64,000 bases of DNA from contig CAVYXJ010000013.1 of assembly GCA_963772455.1 (NCBI GenBank), positions 83,163 through 147,162 on the forward strand. Direction: 5' to 3'. The notes under the pieces are model-generated. The model worked only from the letters and a program-made list of their open reading frames with translations, searched no databases and was not told the DNA's origin. The DNA comes from Candidatus Bathyarchaeota archaeon (GTDB lineage Archaea > Thermoproteota > Bathyarchaeia > Bathyarchaeales > Bathycorpusculaceae). Made by a program: the position numbers and the translations under genes. Every line of letters starts with the position of its first letter. The first letter of the stretch is position 1. This document shows, in pieces, positions 7,672-16,176 of the stretch.

Positions 7672-8724
7672 ATGCCTAAAGTTAAAGTTGCATTAATCGG
7701 CGTTGGAAACTGCGCCTCATCATTCGTTCAAGGCATCCAATACTATGGAAAACTTGAGAAACCACAAGACTGTTTTGGATTACGTAACCCAGTTCTAGCA
7801 GGTTTAAGTCCCAAAGACATCCAAGTAGTCGCGGCGTTTGATGTGGATGATCGCAAAGTCGGCAAAGATCTCTCTGAAGCGATTTTCGCCACCCCAAATA
7901 ATGCACCCAAAGTTTGTGATATCGCTCCAACAGGTGTTAAAGTCAGTAAAGGTCCATTGCTCGACGGTGTTGGAGATCAAACTAAAAAAATCGTTCAAGT
8001 CAGCAAGTTACCAGATGCAGACGCTGTTAAAGTTCTTAAAGCAGCAAGCGCAGAAATCCTGATTAATTTGCTTCCAAGTGGAGCCACAAAAGCATCCCAA
8101 TGGTACGCAGAACAAGCACTTGCTGCCGGCTGCGCTTTTGTTAATGCTACACCAAACTTTATAGCAAGCGACCTTACATGGGCTAAAAAGTTTGAGGCAG
8201 CAAAGCTTCCGCTTGTAGGCGACGACTTAGTTGATCAAGTCGGATCAACTGCCCTCCACAAGACGTTGCTTAAATTGCTCTCAGATAGTGGTGTTCGAAT
8301 TGACGAAACCTATCAGCTTGATGTGGGTGGAGGAACTGAATCCGTTGATACCATGGATCGATCACGCGATGCAAAACGTACAATAAAAACTGAATCAGTG
8401 GCAGCATCAATACCTTACAAAGCCGAAATAGTCGCAGGCTCAACCGACTATGTAGATTTCCTACAGAACAAACGTGATAGTTACTTTTGGATAAGCGGTG
8501 CCTACTTCTGCAATGCACCCATGAAAATCGACCTTAAATTCCAAACTGTGGACGCACCTAACGCTGGAAGCGTTCTCTTTGATGTAGTGCGAGCAGTAAA
8601 ATTGGCCTTGAACAAGAAACTCAACGGAGCAGTAGAGTCAGTTTGCGCTTACGGATTTAAGCGTCCACCGAAAATGGTGTCGCTTGAAGTTGCAGAAAAA
8701 GAATTCGCAAAATTCATAGCTTAG
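7672..8724 (+). CDS. ino1: myo-inositol-1-phosphate synthase
   Basis: VALIGVGNCASSFVQG, VAAFDVD..KVGKDLSEAI, GDDLVDQVG, DAPNAG. Confidence 0.9.
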   Translation: MPKVKVALIGVGNCASSFVQGIQYYGKLEKPQDCFGLRNPVLAGLSPKDIQVVAAFDVDDRKVGKDLSEAIFATPNNAPKVCDIAPTGVKVSKGPLLDGVGDQTKKIVQVSKLPDADAVKVLKAASAEILINLLPSGATKASQWYAEQALAAGCAFVNATPNFIASDLTWAKKFEAAKLPLVGDDLVDQVGSTALHKTLLKLLSDSGVRIDETYQLDVGGGTESVDTMDRSRDAKRTIKTESVAASIPYKAEIVAGSTDYVDFLQNKRDSYFWISGAYFCNAPMKIDLKFQTVDAPNAGSVLFDVVRAVKLALNKKLNGAVESVCAYGFKRPPKMVSLEVAEKEFAKFIA

Positions 8725-8727
8725 ACG

Positions 8728-9849
8728 CTAAAGCTTTTCCAACGCGTCAACTATTTTCTCTTTTATCCCATTCTGTTTTAGCGTATCTTTTAGTATGTTT
8801 ATAGTCTTTACAGGTGTTGGGTCAACTCCGCGCACCACGGCTAAGTAGACGCTTATAAAATCACCGACAAGTATGGTTGAGAGCATCTTTGCCAAAGAGC
8901 TTTTGCCCTGCACTTCCAAGTCAAACATTATAAAACCCGCTTTTTCCATGATTTGCTTAGTGATTTCAATTCGACTCTCAATTTCCACCGGTTCATCGGC
9001 ATCACGGATGAATATTACTGAGAACCATTTGCACTGTTCACCCCTGCCTTCCCAACCAACAATCTCATTATGATCCAGTTCTGGGAAATATTCCCATTTG
9101 GCTGCAGATTTGCTGTTCTCGTTAAACTGCTGCTTAAACCGCTGGGCAACACCGCGGTAGAACCCAAACCCGTAAACTACGGGCGTAGATTCATCGATGT
9201 ATTGGGCAACGTTTTTTGCAAAGTTCTCATTCGTTGGCTTTTGAGGCGAGTTGTCATCACTGATTTTTTCAAGAAGACTAAACGCTTCGTTTAGCTCTTG
9301 AGTCACGCCTTTAACTAACCTTGCTTTCTCCATGTAAACCAGAAGCGGCACAAGCATATACGGCAAGGCTGCACGCGGAGGCATTCCAGCGGGAACCTGC
9401 AGGTGGGGCACTTTGTGCTTCTGAGCGTACTTGATGAGTGCGCCGCCACTGCTAATGCAGTAAATCATGCATTTGCGTTTGAGGGCATCGAGAAAGCTGC
9501 TCAGAGTTTCTTCGGTGTCGCCCGAATAACTCGTGATGAAAACCAGCGTTTTCTTGTTCGCGTACGCTGGCAACTTGTATTCTCTGCTAATCTCGATAGG
9601 TACGGTTAACTGGGTTTTTGCCCAGTCTTTAAGTAAGTCGCCGCCGATGGCTGAACCGCCCAAACCTGCCACTACAATATTGCTGGGCTTGGGGTAATCC
9701 ACAATAATTCTGTCGGCGATTTTTGCGGCTTCGCGGTAATGTTTAGAAGCGTTAACAGAAAAATTCAGCATACCGCTTTTATCGACTGCATTTATTCTTT
9801 CAACGTTATCTAAAAGCGCTGTTGGCAACTTGGGTCCTCCAAATAACAC
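8728..9849 (-). CDS. pgi: Bifunctional phosphoglucose/phosphomannose isomerase
   Basis: SIS domain GLGGSAIGGD, SYSGDTEETL, QFNENSK, PELDHNEIVG. Confidence 0.9.
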   Translation of the reverse strand: MLFGGPKLPTALLDNVERINAVDKSGMLNFSVNASKHYREAAKIADRIIVDYPKPSNIVVAGLGGSAIGGDLLKDWAKTQLTVPIEISREYKLPAYANKKTLVFITSYSGDTEETLSSFLDALKRKCMIYCISSGGALIKYAQKHKVPHLQVPAGMPPRAALPYMLVPLLVYMEKARLVKGVTQELNEAFSLLEKISDDNSPQKPTNENFAKNVAQYIDESTPVVYGFGFYRGVAQRFKQQFNENSKSAAKWEYFPELDHNEIVGWEGRGEQCKWFSVIFIRDADEPVEIESRIEITKQIMEKAGFIMFDLEVQGKSSLAKMLSTILVGDFISVYLAVVRGVDPTPVKTINILKDTLKQNGIKEKIVDALEKL

Positions 9850-9918
9850 GCAGTTTTATATCTCATCCCTGCCTTTTAAGCACACCGCAGACAAGTAAGC
9901 GTTGAGGGAAAGGGCAGC

Positions 9919-10770
9919 ATGAATAGAAAGAAACTTTCGATCGCAATTCCGGCATCTACAATATCTGACACTCCGCATCCAAGGGAGAAAACAGCTAAAA
10001 TCGGGTTGATTGGGCGGGCAGCGGCGATTTTTCGAGTGGATGAAATAATAGTTTACCCCGACAACAACGAGGTGGACCAGCGTAGGCACCTAGATTATAT
10101 TGCTCTTATACTCAACTACTTGGAAACCCCTCAGTACCTTCGAAAGGCGCTCTTCAAACTTGATCCGGATTTGGAGTTTGCGGGAATTCTGCCTCCATTA
10201 CGTACTCCGCATCATCCTTTGAGCGGTAAAACTAAGCATTTGCAAGTTGGCGAGTATCGTGAAGGCTTGATTTTGTCTGAGGTTAAAGAGGGGTTAGTTG
10301 TGGATATTGGTGTTCAGCAACCAGCTCTTTTGAGACAAAAACAGTTTGCCGTTGGCAACCGCTTAACCCTGCAAATTGTTAATGTTGGCAAACAGATTGA
10401 AGTTCAAGCTGCAAACCGCGAGGATGTTCCACAATATTGGGGTTATAACGTTCGCGTTGAGAAGCGTTCTTTTGGTCAATTAATGTTTGATAGGGATTTT
10501 GATTTGAAAATTGCTACGGCAAAGATAGGTGACAATTTCATTGATGTTGCCAACAAAATAAATGCGAAATGGCGGAGCAGCCAAAATGTCTTAGTAGCGT
10601 TTGGTGCGCCAACCCGAGGATTACATGAAATCGCCGAAGATGAAGGCTTAAAACTGGGAAGCATCGCAGATTTTGTGGTTAACATGGTGCCTAATCAAGG
10701 AACTTTGACCGTTCGCACAGAAGAGGCGCTTTTTGCTTCCTTAGCCATTCTAAACATACATTTCAACTGA
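9919..10770 (+). CDS. SPOUT-family RNA methyltransferase (DUF171/C9orf114-like)
   Basis: IARAAAIFRVDEI-like motif, YLETPQYLRK, PPLRTPHH, NQGTLTVRTEEA. Confidence 0.85.
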   Translation: MNRKKLSIAIPASTISDTPHPREKTAKIGLIGRAAAIFRVDEIIVYPDNNEVDQRRHLDYIALILNYLETPQYLRKALFKLDPDLEFAGILPPLRTPHHPLSGKTKHLQVGEYREGLILSEVKEGLVVDIGVQQPALLRQKQFAVGNRLTLQIVNVGKQIEVQAANREDVPQYWGYNVRVEKRSFGQLMFDRDFDLKIATAKIGDNFIDVANKINAKWRSSQNVLVAFGAPTRGLHEIAEDEGLKLGSIADFVVNMVPNQGTLTVRTEEALFASLAILNIHFN

Positions 10771-10842
10771 CGTTTTTTACTCTAAGTTTTTTAGATGTTT
10801 TGGCTAAAGGCATAAAAGCCTCTTTTGTTTATTGTGGAGTCT

Positions 10843-11962
10843 ATGCCCTCTCTTGACCTTGCCATGCCAACTGCGCTTTTGATTGTAGTGATCGTTGCCA
10901 TGTTCTTAAATAAGCGAGCTGAAGGTAAATTGGCGGCGACAGTCGAGCAGAAAGAATTCAAGACCCGAGACATCATTCTTCTAGTTATCTTCATAGCAAT
11001 TGCAATTTCAGTGATCGCTGTCACTTCAATGCTAAACCTAGGAGAAATCTTCCCAAACATCCTCATGATAGTTTTCCTATCCTCCTACACTATGCTCCTA
11101 TTTACCTTTGCACTCGTTTTCTCCAACCTGACCAGAATTCGGGTGCAATTACTCTCAACAGGATTCGGAATCATAAGCTTGATTGCAGGGGTAGCTAGCC
11201 TTCTTGGTCAGCTGGCTGATGCCTATACAATCTATAGAGCAATTGCGTTTTTTGTGCTCACAGCATTATGCTTCGGAGTAGTAGTTTATGAACAAAAAAA
11301 TGTTATCTCAAAGACACGGTGGTATTTGGCTGCTCAACCACCAGCAATATTTGTCTTACTTGTTCGCATTCTTCAATGTTGCATATGGAGGGACTGTCAG
11401 CGTTTGGTTCCCAATCCTAATGGATGTATTCGGATTCACATTCGCTATTTTAATCATAATGTATCTTTCATCCATGTTTAACTGGAAAACAGTGGGAATT
11501 TTTGCAGTGCTACTAACTATACTAGATGTCATACTGGTCTTTAGTGGACCAATGGTGACAGCGGCACGCACATTCACTGGACTGGGTCTTCCAGTTCTGG
11601 TTTACCTGCCAAACTTCCCAGTTATACTAAACCAAGCAGGCGAAATTGGACTCCGCGGGCTAGGCCTTGGCGACTTCTTCTTTGCGGGGATTCTCGCCGT
11701 CCAAACATTCAAGCAGTTCGGCAAAAGAACCGGAATCATAACGGCTGTTGCAATGGCTTTAGCTTTTGGAATTTGGGAAGCCTTTTTACCTGAAATAACA
11801 AAGTATTTCAATATAGGAGGTTTCCCTGCGACTGTGTGCATCATTACCGGTTGGTTACCAATCGTCGCATGGAAACTGCTAACTACAAGAAACCAACCTA
11901 AATCCATTCCACTTGTTGAACAAACCGGGCAACCAGTCGAGCCGCCACCAAATTCCCAATAA
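10843..11962 (+). CDS. Presenilin/signal-peptide-peptidase family GxGD intramembrane aspartyl protease; +1 frameshift at ~11360
   Basis: Multi-TM; TILDVILV and GLGLGDFF catalytic motifs, FPAT (PAL-like); CTTG->CTG restores one ORF. Confidence 0.7.
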
Positions 11963-12056
11963 ATTTATCACATCACAATTAAAAAAAACGCTAATTTTAA
12001 TATAAAGTAAAATATTTTTGGGAAAAAATAAAATATAAAATAAAGTAAGGCTTATT

Positions 12057-12374
12057 TTACCCGAATAGGGCGCCTAATCCTTCTAGTGCTGCATCTTCCT
12101 TGGCTTTCTCTTCTTCAGCTTTCTTCTTCTTGTCTTCTGGTGCGGCTGCTGCTGGTTTTGCTTCTCCTGCTGGAGCGATTGGAGCTGCTGCCATCATAGC
12201 TGGTGCGGCTTTGATTGCTTCTTCAATGTTTACTTCACTGAGTGATGCAACGAGTGCCTTTACTTGTATAGGGTCAACGGTGACGCCTGCTGCTGTGAGA
12301 ACTTTTGTTACTGATTCTTCGTTAATTTCTTTTCCTGCCTTGTGAAGGAGCATTGCTGCGTAAATATTTTCCAT
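12057..12374 (-). CDS. rpl12: Ribosomal stalk protein P1/L12p
   Basis: [24 protein letters not shown], Ala-rich hinge, GLGALFG end. Confidence 0.95.
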   Translation of the reverse strand: MENIYAAMLLHKAGKEINEESVTKVLTAAGVTVDPIQVKALVASLSEVNIEEAIKAAPAMMAAAPIAPAGEAKPAAAAPEDKKKKAEEEKAKEDAALEGLGALFG

Positions 12375-12649
12375 ACTTTTTCACCTCTCAATTGCACTAT
12401 TTTTAACTTTTTTATTGGTCTGATCCGCTTCGAATTTGAAGCTGATCGTTACCTGAAATGGCAGTTTTATCCGCCGTTTTCTTGCCGTTTAACAGAATAC
12501 CCGATGCCTTATGAACCTTTCGTACATGCATTATACAAGTCTAAAGTCATATTTTTCGTTATAGATTCAAAATAAAATATTGTGAGTCACCAATAACATT
12601 ATCTTGAAGAACAAACCACAAATGCGCATAGCTTGCAGGTCATGAGACA

Positions 12650-13621
12650 ATGGGAAACATTACAGTAGCCATCCTAGGACCAGTAGATTACGGCAGTAAC
12701 CTTGCCAAAAAAGGAACATCAACAGATATAACTCTCTATAACCTAAAAAAAGGCGAAGACACCGTAACCTTCATCGAACCCACAAGATACCCTGAACGAT
12801 TGGCGCCATTGTTCTATGCTTGTGCCTTGGCAAAAAAAGCCATAGTTGTCGTAGATGAGATAAACGCCACTTTTGGCGAGCAACTTGTAATGCTTCAATG
12901 CAGCGACATAAAAACTGGTTATATAATCCTGAGGAACTATGTTCCGAAAGAAAAAATTGAAGCGCTCATAAAAGGAACAAACTTGGAAAAATTTGAAATC
13001 ATAGCGGATGACCCAAACGTTCTACGTGAAAAACTGTTGGTGGAAGCTTCCCAACACAAACCAGTTGAACTTCAAGCTGGACAGCAAGCAATCGGATCGG
13101 TGCCGGTAGATCATGCTTTCAACGTTAAAGGCGTTGGAGTAGTAATTCTCGGAATCGTGGTTTACGGTGTAGTTCAGAAGCATGCAACACTCAATGTTCT
13201 TCCAGCCATCAAAACCGCCCAGGTCCGTTCCATCCAAAAACACGACGAAGAATTCGACCTTGCATGGGAAGGCGACCGCGTTGGATTAGCTTTAAAAAAT
13301 GTTGAAGTGGAAAACTTGGATCGCGGAACCGTCTTAACAAATGACCCTGCAATCAAAACTTCAACTACATTAAACACGCAGGCAACGCTTGTCAAATATT
13401 GGCAAACACCCATCAAGCCAGGCATGGTTATGCATGTTGGTCACTGGACGCAGTTCATAACCGCAAAAGTAGACACTGTATCTGACGCAGGCGACTGGAA
13501 AAAACCGACCCTAACCTTAACGCTTGATAAACCACTCGTCCACCGCCCAAACGATAAAGCTGTACTGATGTATTTGGAAGGAGCTAAACTTCGTATAGCT
13601 GGAACCATAGATCTGCTATAG
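12650..13621 (+). CDS. SelB-II / EF-Tu domain II-III protein with degenerate G domain
   Basis: KKGTSTDIT, VDHAFNVKGVGVVILG, VRSIQKHD, GDRVGLALK; no GxxxxGKT. Confidence 0.8.
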   Translation: MGNITVAILGPVDYGSNLAKKGTSTDITLYNLKKGEDTVTFIEPTRYPERLAPLFYACALAKKAIVVVDEINATFGEQLVMLQCSDIKTGYIILRNYVPKEKIEALIKGTNLEKFEIIADDPNVLREKLLVEASQHKPVELQAGQQAIGSVPVDHAFNVKGVGVVILGIVVYGVVQKHATLNVLPAIKTAQVRSIQKHDEEFDLAWEGDRVGLALKNVEVENLDRGTVLTNDPAIKTSTTLNTQATLVKYWQTPIKPGMVMHVGHWTQFITAKVDTVSDAGDWKKPTLTLTLDKPLVHRPNDKAVLMYLEGAKLRIAGTIDLL

Positions 13622-13715
13622 GTCCTATTCAAGTCTCCAAAGCAGCAAGACAAAAAGTCGTTTGGATAAACCTATTTATCTACTTTTTTAGTATTTTTCT
13701 AAGAGGTATCTTATT

Positions 13716-14234
13716 TTGGCGCTACGTGTTTTCGAAATTGTCGATAAGTTAAGAATACGAGTTACGCGTTTGTTGAGGCGAAGAAGACGAGAAATCAACA
13801 TAGACGTCTTTGCAAATCCTGAGAAATACCTGATTTGCTTGCCGATTGAAAAACTCGTAGCCGACACAAAAGTCGACCCGGAAGCTATAGAGATGTATAA
13901 GAAGAAGATTCAAAACGGAGAGAAAATTGCGCCTTTAATCGTAATTAAACATCCAAAATTTGAGGAATACGCAGTTCTGGACGGTCACCATCGATACTAT
14001 GCTCTTTTAGAAACAGGCACGAAAATGGTCAATTGCGCCCTCGCAGGAGATTTCTCAAGCGTAATTTTTTATATGACTGAACACGGTTATTTTCAACCAA
14101 AACCAGAAACCAAAGAAGAAAATCAAAAGAAGATTATACACTTGCATGAAAATGTCCAAGATTTTCTTCAAAATTTCCTAAAAGACCCAAATAAACTAAA
14201 AACGCCAAAGAGAGAAAACAAACCTGACACTTAA
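13716..14234 (+). CDS. ParB/sulfiredoxin N-terminal-fold protein
   Basis: PLIVIKH..YAVLDGHHRYYAL. Confidence 0.7.
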   Translation: MALRVFEIVDKLRIRVTRLLRRRRREINIDVFANPEKYLICLPIEKLVADTKVDPEAIEMYKKKIQNGEKIAPLIVIKHPKFEEYAVLDGHHRYYALLETGTKMVNCALAGDFSSVIFYMTEHGYFQPKPETKEENQKKIIHLHENVQDFLQNFLKDPNKLKTPKRENKPDT

Positions 14235-14464
14235 TTAACGAATTTACCTATGAATTAATATTTTTTGTTAGCACCTTTAGCGGAAAAGAAGACGTGCCTT
14301 TTTCGCCGATTGCAAAAGTATGGATGAATTCATGGAAATTCTCAGAAAAACAGTGGAAGAAACGAAAACGGCGAAAAAGAAAAACTGGAATCGCTACAGA
14401 GACTTCAGCGGTTTGTTCCAGTAGACACAAATTCTTAAAGCAAGCTGTCACAAATAGGTTTACT

Positions 14465-15067
14465 ATGTCTGAGATACGAAATTTTGTTTACCAGAGGATA
14501 GGGGCAGCCTCCGGAATAATATCGCCTATAGTTGCATTCGTCTGCATCCTGACCGCGATTGCATCCTACCCTACATTCAGTTGGACAAACAACGCCTTAA
14601 GCGATTTAGGTGTAGTTTCAGGCATAACTTCTTCTCTTTTCAACTTTGGGCTCCTTGCCAGTGGAATTTTAGCCTTCAACTTTTCAATATTCGGCTTATT
14701 CACTTACTCAGGGAGAAGTGGTGTTGGAAAAATAGGTTCAGCAGTCTTTGCAGCTGCAACCCTAGCACTAATTGGCATCAGTGTCTTTAACGAGAATTTT
14801 TCTCCAGTACACTATATTGTTTCCGTAGCGTTCTTCACATTGGCGCCGATTGCTCTTTTCATCTTAACTTTTGGTTTTTGGCTCAATCACCAACGCGAAA
14901 CAGCGGTTTTCACTGTCGCGGTTGGGGTTGCGGCAGCATTGCCATGGCTTCTGTTATTCGCATTTAATTATGTACCTAACGTAGCAATTCCCGAGTTCTT
15001 ATCTGCTCTTGCTATTTCAGTCTGGGCAATGTTGCTCGGCAAAAAGATGTTAAGCCCTAAAGTTTGA
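14465..15067 (+). CDS. DUF998-like membrane protein
   Basis: FSWTNNALSDLG, FNFGLL, HYIVSVAFF; six TM segments. Confidence 0.75.
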   Translation: MSEIRNFVYQRIGAASGIISPIVAFVCILTAIASYPTFSWTNNALSDLGVVSGITSSLFNFGLLASGILAFNFSIFGLFTYSGRSGVGKIGSAVFAAATLALIGISVFNENFSPVHYIVSVAFFTLAPIALFILTFGFWLNHQRETAVFTVAVGVAAALPWLLLFAFNYVPNVAIPEFLSALAISVWAMLLGKKMLSPKV

Positions 15068-16058
15068 TGGCGTCAACGTACATTTGTGCACAGCAAAAAG
15101 ACGAAAAATCCGTATTGTAACCCCTTCTTTTTGCGTATTCAACTCCTTCTTCACTTGGGAACGCAATGGCGTCAACTCCCGCTTTCAATGCTAAAACGTC
15201 AGCTTCTGCTCGGCTTCTACCTTTAGGACGCATGCATCCTAAAATAAGGGGGGTTTCCGGAAACATTAGCCTTGCCAACGCAGCAACTTTAGATATATCG
15301 ACTGGTTTGGGGGGCGGTGTTTTTGCCATAGCTGTTCCAAGGATAGGCATGAACGCAATTATCACAAGCGCAGATGGCTTAATCTTCTGTATCATTTGGA
15401 GCGCCTGAATTTCCCCGTCGAGTTTGCCATCGTTTAACCCAACGATAACGTGGGGAACGATGTTTAATTTTGCTTCTTGAAGCACCTTGAGTGAATTGGC
15501 GTAATCTTTGATTGTTACTTTGAGGTTGTATATTTTCTCTACTGTTTCAGCTGAGCCAATAACATCGATTAAAGCGGCGTCAATGCAAGCTTTCTTGAGT
15601 GCGACAGCAGTTTCCTGCTTGACTATGCCTGTGTGAACAAAGACTGTTAAGCTGAGTTCCTGCTTAAGTCGCCCAAGTACAGGTACAAAATCGTTTAAAG
15701 GCACTGAGCCGTCCGGTAAGCATCCGCCACTGACAAGGCACCCTTTAGCGCCGTTTTTCTTCAATTTCAACCCTAAATCAAATAGCCCATCGGGGGTCAT
15801 TGCCGACTGCATTGTTTCAAGGACTTTGCCTCCGCAATGTTTGCAATTCAACGCGCAGGCGTTGCCAGTTATTGATATTGTCGGGAATGAGTTTGTTGAA
15901 GAGCAATAATGTTTGGTTTTGTAGTAGGTGAAGCTGGGAGCGTAAAAACGAATAGTGTTTTGCCTTGGTTTGAGGCTTTCTGAATCCAGTAGAGCGCGAA
16001 ATTCAGTTTCGTTTAGGCTCCAAAGAGCTCCTGGAGAAAGATTTTGCATATTTTTCAA
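15057..16058 (-). CDS. Radical SAM protein (biotin-synthase-related, COG1856-like)
   Basis: ISITGNACALNCKHCGG (CxxxCxxC), GCLVSGG, VPHVIVGL. Confidence 0.85.
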   Translation of the reverse strand: MKNMQNLSPGALWSLNETEFRALLDSESLKPRQNTIRFYAPSFTYYKTKHYCSSTNSFPTISITGNACALNCKHCGGKVLETMQSAMTPDGLFDLGLKLKKNGAKGCLVSGGCLPDGSVPLNDFVPVLGRLKQELSLTVFVHTGIVKQETAVALKKACIDAALIDVIGSAETVEKIYNLKVTIKDYANSLKVLQEAKLNIVPHVIVGLNDGKLDGEIQALQMIQKIKPSALVIIAFMPILGTAMAKTPPPKPVDISKVAALARLMFPETPLILGCMRPKGRSRAEADVLALKAGVDAIAFPSEEGVEYAKRRGYNTDFSSFCCAQMYVDAIKL

Positions 16059-16176
16059 ACGTAAGAATTCTTTGTCTAGCTTAATAGGTTATTCAAATTT
16101 CAAAGTGATACATAACTACTCGAAAAAGTTCTGAATCAGTTAAAAAAAAGAAAAGTTCAAGGCCGCTTTGGAACGC

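Noticed and set aside
12412-12531. 39-codon ORF upstream of rpl12 faintly resembling a ubiquitin-like fold
   Set aside because: Too short, no C-terminal GG, and no clear RBS; likely promoter/UTR sequence.
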